A program made the translations under genes and the position numbers. This document shows, one piece after another, positions 49,503-59,175 of a DNA stretch of 64,000 nucleotides. Position 1 is the first letter of the stretch. Every line of letters begins with the position of its first letter. The notes beneath the pieces are model-generated. The model searched no databases, was not told where the DNA came from, and saw only the letters and a list, made by a program, of their open reading frames with translations. Location: contig MHUW01000007.1 of NCBI GenBank assembly GCA_001823575.1, forward strand, positions 24,223 through 88,222, written 5' to 3'. This DNA comes from Candidatus Yonathbacteria bacterium RIFCSPLOWO2_01_FULL_47_33b (GTDB taxonomy: Bacteria; Patescibacteriota; Minisyncoccia; Phycocordibacterales; UBA1550).

Positions 49503-50765
49503 CTACCCGATGATGTCCTTGCCCATGTAGGGACGCAGGACCTCGGGAACGGTGATTGTCCCATCAGCGTTCTGGTAGTTTTCTAGCAGAGGTACAAGAA
49601 TACGCGGTGTAGCTATTGCGGTATTGTTGAGTGAATGCGCAAAATGCATCTTGCCCTCCTTGTCACGATAGCGAATATTCAAACGGCGTGTCTGAAAGTC
49701 GTGGAAGTACGATGCTGAGTGTGTCTCGCGATACTTACCCTCGGAAGGCACCCATGCCTCGATGTCGTATTTTTTCACCTGACCGAGACCGAGGTCGCCA
49801 CCGCAGTTGAGGACGACATGGTAAGGAATCTTGAGCTTTTGCATCAAACGCTCCGACATCTGAAGGAGGAACTCGTGATACTTCACACTCTCCTCGTGGC
49901 TCGCCTCGCAGAGAATGACCTGCTCCCATTTGTAAAACTCGTGCACGCGAATGAGGCCTTTGACGTCTTTACTGTGACTGCCCGCTTCGCGACGAAATGC
50001 TGATGAGAATGAAATATATTTTTTAGGAAGTTCTTCAAGAGGAAGCACCTCGTCCATATGGTAACCCATCGTCGCCACCTCGGCAGTGCCTGCAAGAAAA
50101 TCGCCGTCCTGTGTTTTATAGAGATCAGGTTCGCCTTGAGGAAGGAAGCCGGTACCGAGAAGCGACTCGCGACGCACGAGTGATGGCACGATCATCGGCG
50201 TGAAGCCCTCTGCACAAAGCTCGTTCAATACAAACTGTGAAAGAGCAAAGATGAGGCGCGCCCCATCGTTCTTTAACACGTAACCACGAAAACCAGCAAT
50301 CTTGGTGCCACGCTCAAAGTCCGCCATATCGTGCATCTCGAGGAGCTCCATCTGACCCTTGGGCGTAAAAGAAAACTGTGGTATGTCGCCCCATGTTTTT
50401 ATTTCTGCATTATCCGCATCATCTGAACCTTCGGGCACCGACATATCAGGAATGTTGGGAACACTGAGCATCATAAGCTGCCACTTTTTCATTACCTCCC
50501 CAAGCTCCTCCTCTTTTTTCTGGAGCTCCTCTTTGACGAGCTTTGAAGCGGTAATCATCCGCTCGCGCTCTGTCTGGTCGCTCGCACGCGCAACCGCCGA
50601 AGCAGTCTCGTTTTGCTTACCCCGCATTGCCTCTACTTCTAAAAGGAGGGCTCGACGAGTGTCGTCAACTGCGAGGAGCTCGTCAACATTGAAATCAATG
50701 TGTTTTTTCGTGGCGCCGGCGGCAACGAGGTCTTTATTTTCGCGGATGAATTTGATGTCTAACAT
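49503..50765 (-). CDS. serS: serine--tRNA ligase
   Basis: MLDIKFIREN, GTAE, FRREAG, RVHEF, LNNTAIATPR. Confidence 0.97.
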   Translation of the reverse strand: MLDIKFIRENKDLVAAGATKKHIDFNVDELLAVDDTRRALLLEVEAMRGKQNETASAVARASDQTERERMITASKLVKEELQKKEEELGEVMKKWQLMMLSVPNIPDMSVPEGSDDADNAEIKTWGDIPQFSFTPKGQMELLEMHDMADFERGTKIAGFRGYVLKNDGARLIFALSQFVLNELCAEGFTPMIVPSLVRRESLLGTGFLPQGEPDLYKTQDGDFLAGTAEVATMGYHMDEVLPLEELPKKYISFSSAFRREAGSHSKDVKGLIRVHEFYKWEQVILCEASHEESVKYHEFLLQMSERLMQKLKIPYHVVLNCGGDLGLGQVKKYDIEAWVPSEGKYRETHSASYFHDFQTRRLNIRYRDKEGKMHFAHSLNNTAIATPRILVPLLENYQNADGTITVPEVLRPYMGKDIIG

Positions 50766-50805
50766 ATAGCTATGAGTATACCAGACGTGATAGAATGAGT
50801 AAAAT

Positions 50806-51696
50806 ATGAACAGCACACCAAAAGGAATTCAGGAGCTCGCACCCGAGGACTTCCCTCTCGCGCTCCTTGAAATCCCCCAGCCACCTGAAACACTCTACGT
50901 GCGCGGTACGCTCCCCGATCCTACACAATTTTACTATCTCGCGGTCGTCGGTTCACGAAAATTTACGAATTATGGTCGTGAAGCAGTCGAGCGTATCATC
51001 GGTGGGCTCGCTGGCTATCCTATATGCATCGTCTCCGGCCTCGCCATGGGTATCGACGCTATCGCCCATCGTGTGGCACTCGACGCCGGCCTCCCTACGG
51101 TCGCTATTCCTGGCTCAGGGCTCGACAGTAGTGTCATCTATCCGCGATCCAATCTCGCCCTCGCGCGCGAGATTATCGAGAACGGTGGTGCACTCCTTTC
51201 TGAGTTTGCCCCCGACCTCCGCGCTGCACCGTGGACATTTCCTCAGCGCAACCGCATTATGGCAGGCATCTCACAAAGTACGCTCGTTATCGAAGCCGAA
51301 GAAAAATCCGGCACCCTCATCACCGCGCGTCTCGCGGTCGACTACAACAGAAATGTCTTCGCTGTTCCCGGCTCTATTTTTTCGGCGTCATCAAAGGGCA
51401 CCAACAAACTCATCCGCCAAGGCGCGACCCCCATCACGAGTGCACAGGACCTCCTTGAAGAGCTCGGCCTTGTAGAGCAAGCATTCGGCCCCGACACAAA
51501 ACAAGAACCTCTCGACCTCACCCTCTACAGCCCCGATGAGCAAGCGATTCTCATACTATTAGATGAACCTATGTCTCGCGAAGATATTCTCTCGGCCGTA
51601 TCTCTTCCATCTGCCTCAACCCTCTCAACCCTCACTATTCTCGAGATTAAAGGCGTGGTTTGCGAGAAAATGGGTAAAATTATGCGTATTCTATAG
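50806..51696 (+). CDS. dprA: DNA-processing protein DprA
   Basis: AVVGSR, VSGLAMGIDAIAH, FPQRNRIMAG, KSGTLITA. Confidence 0.95.
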   Translation: MNSTPKGIQELAPEDFPLALLEIPQPPETLYVRGTLPDPTQFYYLAVVGSRKFTNYGREAVERIIGGLAGYPICIVSGLAMGIDAIAHRVALDAGLPTVAIPGSGLDSSVIYPRSNLALAREIIENGGALLSEFAPDLRAAPWTFPQRNRIMAGISQSTLVIEAEEKSGTLITARLAVDYNRNVFAVPGSIFSASSKGTNKLIRQGATPITSAQDLLEELGLVEQAFGPDTKQEPLDLTLYSPDEQAILILLDEPMSREDILSAVSLPSASTLSTLTILEIKGVVCEKMGKIMRIL

Positions 51697-51790
51697 GGTG
51701 TTTGGCGTTTTTAAGGTTTTATGCTATAATTCACCTCGACGCACAAAGAGTGCGTTTTGTACATTTAGACAATAAAATAAGGGATAATTT

Positions 51791-52108
51791 ATGATTGCAA
51801 GATTGCTTCAAAAACAGCCTGGTACTGCAGATGTTATTAAACAAGGGCTCAATGATGGGTATCAACCGTCAACACGCACAATGCTTAATATCGGACCCAA
51901 CCTTTGCTCGCACATGAGAGAAAACGGCATAAAAACTGTCCGCGACCTCGCTTTGCTTCGCAAGGAGAAACTCTACGAGATTTTGTCAAAGCGCGATAAT
52001 CCACCAGAAGATCTGGCGGTTATTGAAAAAGCTCTCACTGAAGTCGGACTCAAGATGGGGATGACCCGCGACGAGTTCAATCGCTACAAAAAAGCATCAC
52101 AACCATAA
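51791..52108 (+). CDS. standalone RNA polymerase alpha-CTD-like protein
   Basis: ENGIKTVRDL...L.EI...IEKALTEVGLKMGM resembles the alpha-CTD pattern; own TGCTATAAT promoter. Confidence 0.55.
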   Translation: MIARLLQKQPGTADVIKQGLNDGYQPSTRTMLNIGPNLCSHMRENGIKTVRDLALLRKEKLYEILSKRDNPPEDLAVIEKALTEVGLKMGMTRDEFNRYKKASQP

Positions 52109-52316
52109 TATAGGCCTATATTAGCTCCTCGGCTCGAAAATGGAAAAGATTACTGTTCCATTTCTCTCGCTCTACGTCGCTAATAACCAACAAGAACCCA
52201 AGTTTAACGCCTACTTTATTGTAGGCGTTTTCTGTTGCAGGAGTGTCCCGATAAATTACTTTTCCACACCCCCTTAGTTTGCAAAATATACTACTATATA
52301 GTACTACTGTACCTTA

Positions 52317-54527
52317 ATGGCTGTTAAACAATACAAATTACTCATTGTCGAGTCGCCCTCAAAAGCAAAGACTATCGGCAAATACCTTGGCGATGGATAC
52401 ATCGTTAAGGCGAGCGTCGGGCACGTCCGCGACCTCCCTAAAAGCAACAAAAAGGCAATCGACATCCCTGCGGGATTCGTCCCTTTTTATGAAATTTCAA
52501 AAGGTAAGGCTGAGGTAATATCCGAGATTGACAGTCTCGCAAAAAAGGCAAGCGAGGTCCTACTCGCCACCGACCCCGACCGTGAAGGAGAGGCTATTGC
52601 GTGGCATATCAAGGAGGCTTGCGGCTTAAAGAAACCAAAGCGTATTGTCTTTCATGAGATTACCAAGGGCGCTATCGAAGAGGCGCTCAAGCATCCGCGT
52701 GTGATAGATGAGAACTTGCGTATCGCGCAGGAGGCGCGTCGTGTCCTTGATCGTCTCGTGGGCTATGACCTCTCAGGCCTCATTTGGAAAAAAGTTCGCT
52801 ATGGCCTTTCTGCTGGTCGCGTGCAGTCCCCCGCGCTCCGCATCATTATGGAGCGCGAACGCGAGATTCGCGCATTTATTCCTGAGGCATACTGGACGCT
52901 CACTGCAAAAGTAAAAACGCAAGGCAACGCCGAGCTCGAACTTTCTTGTGTAGAAGAACCACGCGATGAATTAGTCGTAAAAAATATTCTCAAAGTTGGC
53001 CGTGCCAATCAGTGGGTTGTGCGCGAAGTAAAAGAAAGCGAGGTGAGCCGTACCCCAAAGGCGCCCTTCATTACCTCTACTCTGCAACAGGCAGGCTCTT
53101 CGCGTTTTGGCTTTGCGCCATCACGTACGATGGGTATCGCGCAAAAACTCTACGAAAAAGGTTTTATCACCTATATGCGTACCGACAGCACGGTGCTTTC
53201 TCTTGATGCACAAAAGGCTGCCATCGCCGAGATTGCCAAGCGTTACGGGGCAGCATCGGCTGAAGCGCGCGTCTTTAAAACAAAAAGTAAAAATGCTCAA
53301 GAGGCGCATGAGGCTATCCGCCCTACCGATATGAGCAAGGACAATCTAGGCATCAACCCTGAGGAGCAAAAACTTTACAAACTTATTTGGGCACGCACCA
53401 TTGCATCACAAATGATCGATGCTAAACTTGCAAGGACAACGATTCTTGCAAACGTGCGAGAAAACTTGATACCAAACTTTTCCGTCACGGGTTCACGCGT
53501 TATTCTTCCCGGCTGGCTTGCGGCTGATCCTGACTCGCGTGGTGAGGATGTACAGCTCCCCAAGGTTTCTGAAGGCGAGCCACTTATTCTCCTTAGTCTT
53601 ACCGATGAAGCGAAGTTCACGGAGCCACCATCACGCTACTCTGAGGCAGGCCTTGTGAAAGAGCTCGAGAAACGTGACATTGGTCGCCCTTCTACATACG
53701 CGTCTATTATCAAGACCATCATCGACCGTGGGTATGTTATTAAAGAAGGCAAAGCGCTCAAACCAACCGATACGGGTGACGTGGTGAGCTCGTTCCTCGA
53801 GGAAAATTTTGCAAACTACATCTCGGATACTTTTACCGCAGAGATGGAAAATAAACTTGATGACATCGCCAACGGCGAACGTGATTATGTTAAAACCCTC
53901 AAAGAATTTTACGGACCGTTTACAAAAGAGGTAAAAGCAAAAGACAAGCTCGACAAGATCACCACCCTTGGTGACGCAGACCCTCAGCACAAGTGCCCCA
54001 AGTGTAACAGTTCGATGATCATCAAGCTTGGTCGCACCGGTAAATTCCTTTCGTGTAAAAAATATCCTGATTGCGATGGCGCACGCACTATTGAAGGACT
54101 CGAGCTCGCTGGTCCGCGCGATACGGGGGAGCTCTGCCCAAAGTGTGGCAAAGCAAACCTCGTTGAGCGTGAAGGGCGTTTTGGGCGCTTCATTGCCTGT
54201 GGCAGCTACCCTAAATGTAAGCACATTAAAAAGGACGACACCGCAGCCCTCCTCAATCATACGGGCGTCCCCTGCCCTATGTGTAAAAAAGGTTTTATGA
54301 CCGAACGCAAAGGCCGCTTTGGTATTTTTTATAGCTGTACCGACTACCCTGACTGCAAGAACGCTATCAAGGCAAAGCCTACCGGGAATTTCTGTACGTA
54401 CCCCAAAGCAGATGGCACAACCCCCTGCGGAGCCCTCATGATGGAAGGTACAAAAACGATTCCAGAACGCTGCTCAGATAAACTTTGTCCAAACCATAAT
54501 CCACATAAACTCAATAAGCCAGAATAA
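52317..54527 (+). CDS. topA: DNA topoisomerase I with C-terminal zinc ribbons
   Basis: IVESPSKAKT, ATDPDREGE, SAGRVQ, ITYMRTD, GRPSTY. Confidence 0.97.
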   Translation: MAVKQYKLLIVESPSKAKTIGKYLGDGYIVKASVGHVRDLPKSNKKAIDIPAGFVPFYEISKGKAEVISEIDSLAKKASEVLLATDPDREGEAIAWHIKEACGLKKPKRIVFHEITKGAIEEALKHPRVIDENLRIAQEARRVLDRLVGYDLSGLIWKKVRYGLSAGRVQSPALRIIMEREREIRAFIPEAYWTLTAKVKTQGNAELELSCVEEPRDELVVKNILKVGRANQWVVREVKESEVSRTPKAPFITSTLQQAGSSRFGFAPSRTMGIAQKLYEKGFITYMRTDSTVLSLDAQKAAIAEIAKRYGAASAEARVFKTKSKNAQEAHEAIRPTDMSKDNLGINPEEQKLYKLIWARTIASQMIDAKLARTTILANVRENLIPNFSVTGSRVILPGWLAADPDSRGEDVQLPKVSEGEPLILLSLTDEAKFTEPPSRYSEAGLVKELEKRDIGRPSTYASIIKTIIDRGYVIKEGKALKPTDTGDVVSSFLEENFANYISDTFTAEMENKLDDIANGERDYVKTLKEFYGPFTKEVKAKDKLDKITTLGDADPQHKCPKCNSSMIIKLGRTGKFLSCKKYPDCDGARTIEGLELAGPRDTGELCPKCGKANLVEREGRFGRFIACGSYPKCKHIKKDDTAALLNHTGVPCPMCKKGFMTERKGRFGIFYSCTDYPDCKNAIKAKPTGNFCTYPKADGTTPCGALMMEGTKTIPERCSDKLCPNHNPHKLNKPE

Positions 54528-54640
54528 TTGCACCCTTGCGTCTATTCTAGGTTTATGGCAGAGTGCAGATAGCAAGCAACACGGTTGCGACTGGTCCAGC
54601 AGAACTGGAATCGTAGTACCTTCAAAAAGGAACAGCTATC

Positions 54641-55300
54641 ATGAATGATAGAACACCCTTACCTCCAAAACAGGTCCCTGGCTGGTTTATTGCACTACAG
54701 GTTGCGGTTCTTCAACAGCTACCTCGCCCCGAAGACGGCATGGATAAAGTCACGGCGCTCAGATGGACAGACAATCAGGGGGACCTCAAACAAAATCTTG
54801 CTTCGCTGGTTACCCCTCCAAGGATTCAACTCAGTAACAAGGGCATCGGCATCCTTCATACTTTTGATATTTTTGTACCCAATGATATCGACGAGCTGCG
54901 CACAAAATACTCGTCCGACAAAAACATTGCCGTGCAAAAACTCACCCCCGGACAAAAGCTCAAGGTTGACCTCATTATGAACGGTCACCATCTACCAATT
55001 CGGGACTGCATTAACGTTCTCAGAAGTAGCGGCGCATTATTTCTTGGAGAGGTTGGCTCTATGCTTATTATCAACGCCCAGGCAGAGTTGAACAAGAAAC
55101 AGATGCGTATTCCTTTGAGCGACCAATGGATGGCATCCTTTGACGAGAAAAATGCTGCTCTCGAGCCAGCCTCAAAAGGCCCTTTGGTTCCGGGTATTAT
55201 TGGGCCGCTTTACTCCAACTATGGACGTATGGTCAAAACGACCGAGGAACTCGACCAGGATGGATTAACTTTCTTTTTCTCTTTCCATGATGCTAGCTAA
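54641..55300 (+). CDS. hypothetical protein
   Basis: 219-aa ORF with AAGGA SD and terminator 55313-55340. Confidence 0.7.
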   Translation: MNDRTPLPPKQVPGWFIALQVAVLQQLPRPEDGMDKVTALRWTDNQGDLKQNLASLVTPPRIQLSNKGIGILHTFDIFVPNDIDELRTKYSSDKNIAVQKLTPGQKLKVDLIMNGHHLPIRDCINVLRSSGALFLGEVGSMLIINAQAELNKKQMRIPLSDQWMASFDEKNAALEPASKGPLVPGIIGPLYSNYGRMVKTTEELDQDGLTFFFSFHDAS

Positions 55301-55431
55301 TGTGTTCCTTTCAAATCCCCGCAAAGTATTGCGGGGATTTTATTTTGATTCAGAACATGCAGGTTGACAAAAGGCTCAAAAATTGTAGTGTTCACTTAGA
55401 AGTTATTTATATTTAGCCAAAGGAGGTCATC

Positions 55432-55800
55432 GTGCGCCATACATTACCTTCAATACCACTTGAAAAGTTCACCGAGGAAGTATTCGTTAGCATCTTAAAA
55501 ATCTACGGCGATGTTGCGGAAATAAGAAATCCCTGCGAGACGAGCGCTGACCCGCGGGGCACTATTGAATTCATCTGGGTGGACTTATCGAATCACCTTT
55601 GGTGCGAATTCCGCTTCGGATCTTCTTTGACTCATCACTCGAAACTTTTTCTCCGTCCTGTCATGGGAAAAGACTGCCTGCATGTGGGGTTTGATTTTGA
55701 CCCCAACACGTCTGACGATTCACAAGCACGCGCCGTAACGATGCGAGAAAATTTTCACCATGAAGTTCAAAAATATCTCGACACCCTAAAAATTGACTGA
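55432..55800 (+). CDS. hypothetical protein
   Basis: TTGACA promoter, AGGAGGT SD, GTG start. Confidence 0.7.
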   Translation: MRHTLPSIPLEKFTEEVFVSILKIYGDVAEIRNPCETSADPRGTIEFIWVDLSNHLWCEFRFGSSLTHHSKLFLRPVMGKDCLHVGFDFDPNTSDDSQARAVTMRENFHHEVQKYLDTLKID

Positions 55801-55809
55801 GGAGGTTTT

Positions 55810-56118
55810 ATGTTTGATTATCTGTTTGTTATAAAGTTTAACCTCGCGGCGTTTCTTATACTGTTTGGGATGTTCCTTCTGGTGTTTGCCATTGCGATGA
55901 CGTTCATCCTGTGGCGCGCCGACCCCGAACAACTCGCAGAAGCTCGTCGTTTGATAGACCTTGCCAAAAGAGCAAACAAGGGGGATACGCATGCATGCGA
56001 TCAATGTAACAGGGAACCCGATATTAAAAAAAGGATGGTATTCAAAAACGGTGATTATGGAGCTTGCTATACAGTCCGTCGAGACGTAATCTACCGAATA
56101 TTCGGCTATAGCACATGA
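55810..56118 (+). CDS. hypothetical membrane-anchored protein with CxxC
   Basis: GGAGGT SD, N-terminal TM; 15-bp hairpin 56126-56158 downstream. Confidence 0.7.
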   Translation: MFDYLFVIKFNLAAFLILFGMFLLVFAIAMTFILWRADPEQLAEARRLIDLAKRANKGDTHACDQCNREPDIKKRMVFKNGDYGACYTVRRDVIYRIFGYST

Positions 56119-56193
56119 TTTTTTCATACCGCATACAAACGTTGTTTGTATGCGGTATTTGCTTTTCAGTCATTCTTCGCCTACTATGGATAG

Positions 56194-57681
56194 ATGAGTC
56201 ATCCTCCCTACCCCAGCGCAAAAGAAATCATCGCCCTGATGAAATCGCCAACAAAAGAAGACAAGGCGCTCATTGAAAAAGCGTACGCGTTCGCTGAAAA
56301 GGCACACGCGGAGCAAAAACGCTACTCAGGTGAGCCGTATTTTAACCATGTGGCACACGTAGGCTACACCCTTGCGGGCATTCACGTTGATGCGACCACC
56401 ATCGCCGCAGGACTCCTCCATGACACCATAGAAGACGCCGATGTGCCGCCAAAAACTATCGAGCAAGAGTTTAGTAAAGAAGTGCGCATACTTGTTGAAG
56501 GGGTCACCAAATTAGGTAAATTGAAGTACCGCGGTGTTGAGCGTCACGTCGAGAGCCTTCGCAAATTTTTTATTGCCGTATCGCAGGATATCCGCGTGCT
56601 TCTCATTAAACTCGCTGACCGTCTCCATAATATTCAAACCCTTGAGCACGTGCCAGAGGCAAAGAGAAAGCGTATTGCCCTTGAGACCCTCGAGATTCAC
56701 TCGCGCCTCGCCGATCGCTTTGGTATGGGTAAATGGAAAAGTATTTTTGAAGATGCAGCCTTCCCCTACGCCTATCCCGAGGACTACGAAAAAGTTCTCG
56801 CTATCATAAAAAAGAAACGGGTTGTTGATGAAAAATATGCCGAAAAAATTCATCACTCTCTCCAGAGAGAGCTCGTGGATAACGGCATCAAAACGGCAAA
56901 GGTCGACTACCGCGTTAAAACACTATACAGCCTCTGGCACAAACTCGCCCGCAAGGACATGGATGCTGATAAAGTCTACGATATTCTCGCCGTACGCGTC
57001 ATCGTAAAATCCATTGACGACTGCTACAAAGCGCTCGGTATCATTCACAAACACTGGCGTCCCGTTCCTGGCCGTGTAAAGGACTATATCGCGGTACCCA
57101 AACCTAATGGCTACCGTTCGCTCCACACCACCATTTTCCGCGGTGACGGCGGTATCATAGAGATACAGATACGCACCCCTGAAATGCACGAGGAAGCACA
57201 GTACGGGATTGCTTCACATTTGGCGTACAAAGAAAAAGGCTCCAATAGTGGTGACCTTGAAAAAAATACCGCATGGCTCAAAGAGGTTGCCAAATGGCAA
57301 GGCGATGTTGCCAAGTCCGATGAATTCCTCGAGGACCTCAAAATGGACTTCTTTCGTGAGCGTGTATTTGCCTTTACCCCCAAGGGTGACATCATCGACC
57401 TTCCCGAAGAGTCTACACCGATTGACTTTGCGTATGCCATTCACTCCGACATCGGCAACCATATTGCCGGTACCAAAATAAATGGCAAGCTCGTATCACT
57501 CGACACCAAACTCAAAAACGGCGACATTGTTGATATTGAGACCAAAGAAAGTGCAACCCCAAAGCGCAAGTGGCTTGACTATGCAAAGACTACGATGGCA
57601 AAGCGTCACATAAAATCCTACCTCGACAAAAACAGCCCCGTCGAACTCCTCGCACAAAAGTTTTTTGGGAAAAAGAAATAG
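56194..57681 (+). CDS. RelA/SpoT (p)ppGpp synthetase/hydrolase (HD-SYNTH-TGS, no ACT)
   Basis: LLHDTIED, KLADRLHN, KDYIAVPKPNGYRSLHT, EIQIRT, TPIDFAYAIHS. Confidence 0.95.
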   Translation: MSHPPYPSAKEIIALMKSPTKEDKALIEKAYAFAEKAHAEQKRYSGEPYFNHVAHVGYTLAGIHVDATTIAAGLLHDTIEDADVPPKTIEQEFSKEVRILVEGVTKLGKLKYRGVERHVESLRKFFIAVSQDIRVLLIKLADRLHNIQTLEHVPEAKRKRIALETLEIHSRLADRFGMGKWKSIFEDAAFPYAYPEDYEKVLAIIKKKRVVDEKYAEKIHHSLQRELVDNGIKTAKVDYRVKTLYSLWHKLARKDMDADKVYDILAVRVIVKSIDDCYKALGIIHKHWRPVPGRVKDYIAVPKPNGYRSLHTTIFRGDGGIIEIQIRTPEMHEEAQYGIASHLAYKEKGSNSGDLEKNTAWLKEVAKWQGDVAKSDEFLEDLKMDFFRERVFAFTPKGDIIDLPEESTPIDFAYAIHSDIGNHIAGTKINGKLVSLDTKLKNGDIVDIETKESATPKRKWLDYAKTTMAKRHIKSYLDKNSPVELLAQKFFGKKK

Positions 57682-57688
57682 TCCGCTC

Positions 57689-57783
57689 GGCAAGCTCCTT
57701 TTTAGGGTACGGATTTTTTGAAGCTTAAAAAATCCTGAAGTGTTCGCGTCGCCACGCTCTCAACCCCCTAAAAAGGACTTGCC
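57689..57783. repeat. nested inverted-repeat structured element
   Basis: GGCAAG.TCCTTTTTAGGG / CCCTAAAAAGGA-CTTGCC outer stem enclosing GGATTTTTT/AAAAAATCC. Confidence 0.6.
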
Positions 57784-57813
57784 TCGCTCCAAGGTTAAAT
57801 GCGTGGGTTAATT

Positions 57814-57954
57814 TTATTGATTACATTTCCACGGGTGTATCTTGCACTCACGTATTGCTGCACGTTTACCAGATAGATCAAAAACACTCGACAAAATAGT
57901 AAAGCCGAGTATTATCAAAAAAAATACTAGGAAGATATTTTTAAATTTTGACAT
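57814..57954 (-). CDS. small membrane protein (46 aa)
   Basis: Manual translation MSKFKNIFLVFFLIILGFTILSSVFDLSGKRAAIRECKIHPWKCNQ, starting 2 nt after the parB stop. Confidence 0.5.
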   Translation of the reverse strand: MSKFKNIFLVFFLIILGFTILSSVFDLSGKRAAIRECKIHPWKCNQ

Positions 57955-57956
57955 TT

Positions 57957-58985
57957 TTACAGTGAGAAATTCTTTACGTTGTAGAGGTCTTCTTCGGGTT
58001 CCTCCATCATCTTTTCTTCGTCGGCTTCTGCAAGCTCTCCAATCTCTGCGGGCTGTGCCGCTTCTTCGGCTGTCTCGCCGAGAGGTATCCCGCTTTCGAC
58101 TTTTGACTTTTGACCTTCGACTGAATTCTCAAGCTCTGCGTGCAAACGCTTGAGGAAGTTGCGGACATCATCGTTTGAAAAGAAGTCAATAACAATCTTA
58201 CCGCCCACTTCGCGCTTTTCAATCTGTACGCGCGTACCGAGACGCTCGGTGAGCTCCTGTTCAAACTCCATCATTTCAGGATCAAACCCACGCTCTGGCT
58301 TGCGGACCTTGTCCACGGCGATACGGCGTGCGATACGCTCTGCCTCGCGTACATTGAGCTTCTTGAAAATAATCTCCTTAAACAGCGTCATCTGCTCTTC
58401 CTTGCGGTCGTTCAACATAAGGAGGGGGCGTGAGTGACCTTCGTTGATACGGCGCTCTGAGAGTGCAGTAAGCATTTCTTCAGGAAGACCTAGGAGACGC
58501 AACGTGTTTGAAACATACTCACGACTCTTGCCCACCTTTTGTGCAATCTGCACATGCTTGAAACCAAAATCATCAACGAGGCGTTGGAACGCCTTGGCGC
58601 GATCAACCGGATTCAAGTCCTCGCGCTGAAGGTTTTCGATAATAGCGAGCTCGAGCTTGATGCGGTCTTCTTCTTCCCTGCCTTCCTCGCCGATACGAAT
58701 GAGCACCGGTACCTGAGTGAGTCCTGCAAGCTTTGATGCACGCAAGCGACGCTCTCCGGCAATCAATTCATACTCAACCGCAAGCCCCCCTTCAGGCTTT
58801 TCGATTTCACGACGCGTAACGACAAGCGGCTGCAAAATACCATACTGCTTGATAGAGTCCGCGAGGTCGCGGAGTTTGTGTTCGTCAAACTCTTTACGCG
58901 GTTGAAATGGGTTCGGTTTGATCTTTTCAACTTCAATCCAAAAGATTGCGTTCTGGTACATTTGGTTGGGTGGTTGCTGTGACAT
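57957..58985 (-). CDS. parB: ParB/Spo0J partition protein
   Basis: PNPFQPRKEF, GILQPL, IAGERRLRA, IENLQREDL, HTH SREYVSNTLRLL. Confidence 0.95.
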   Translation of the reverse strand: MSQQPPNQMYQNAIFWIEVEKIKPNPFQPRKEFDEHKLRDLADSIKQYGILQPLVVTRREIEKPEGGLAVEYELIAGERRLRASKLAGLTQVPVLIRIGEEGREEEDRIKLELAIIENLQREDLNPVDRAKAFQRLVDDFGFKHVQIAQKVGKSREYVSNTLRLLGLPEEMLTALSERRINEGHSRPLLMLNDRKEEQMTLFKEIIFKKLNVREAERIARRIAVDKVRKPERGFDPEMMEFEQELTERLGTRVQIEKREVGGKIVIDFFSNDDVRNFLKRLHAELENSVEGQKSKVESGIPLGETAEEAAQPAEIGELAEADEEKMMEEPEEDLYNVKNFSL

Positions 58986-59175
58986 TATGTGATTTTGCAA
59001 AATCACGTCGCGCAGTGTCCATTAAAGCGCGACGCAAAAATTAATTTCGTGTGCACTCATCTTACCATAAGAAATCTCTCGCGCAAAAAATTTCTTTTCA
59101 TGTGTTGACTGTCCACTGAAATCGTGATACTTTAACGGCAGGTTAGTTGTTCTTAAAAATTCTGAGGAGGTTCCC

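Noticed and set aside
57790-59100. parS site near parB
   Set aside because: No match to the TGTTTCACGTGAAACA-type palindrome found by eye.
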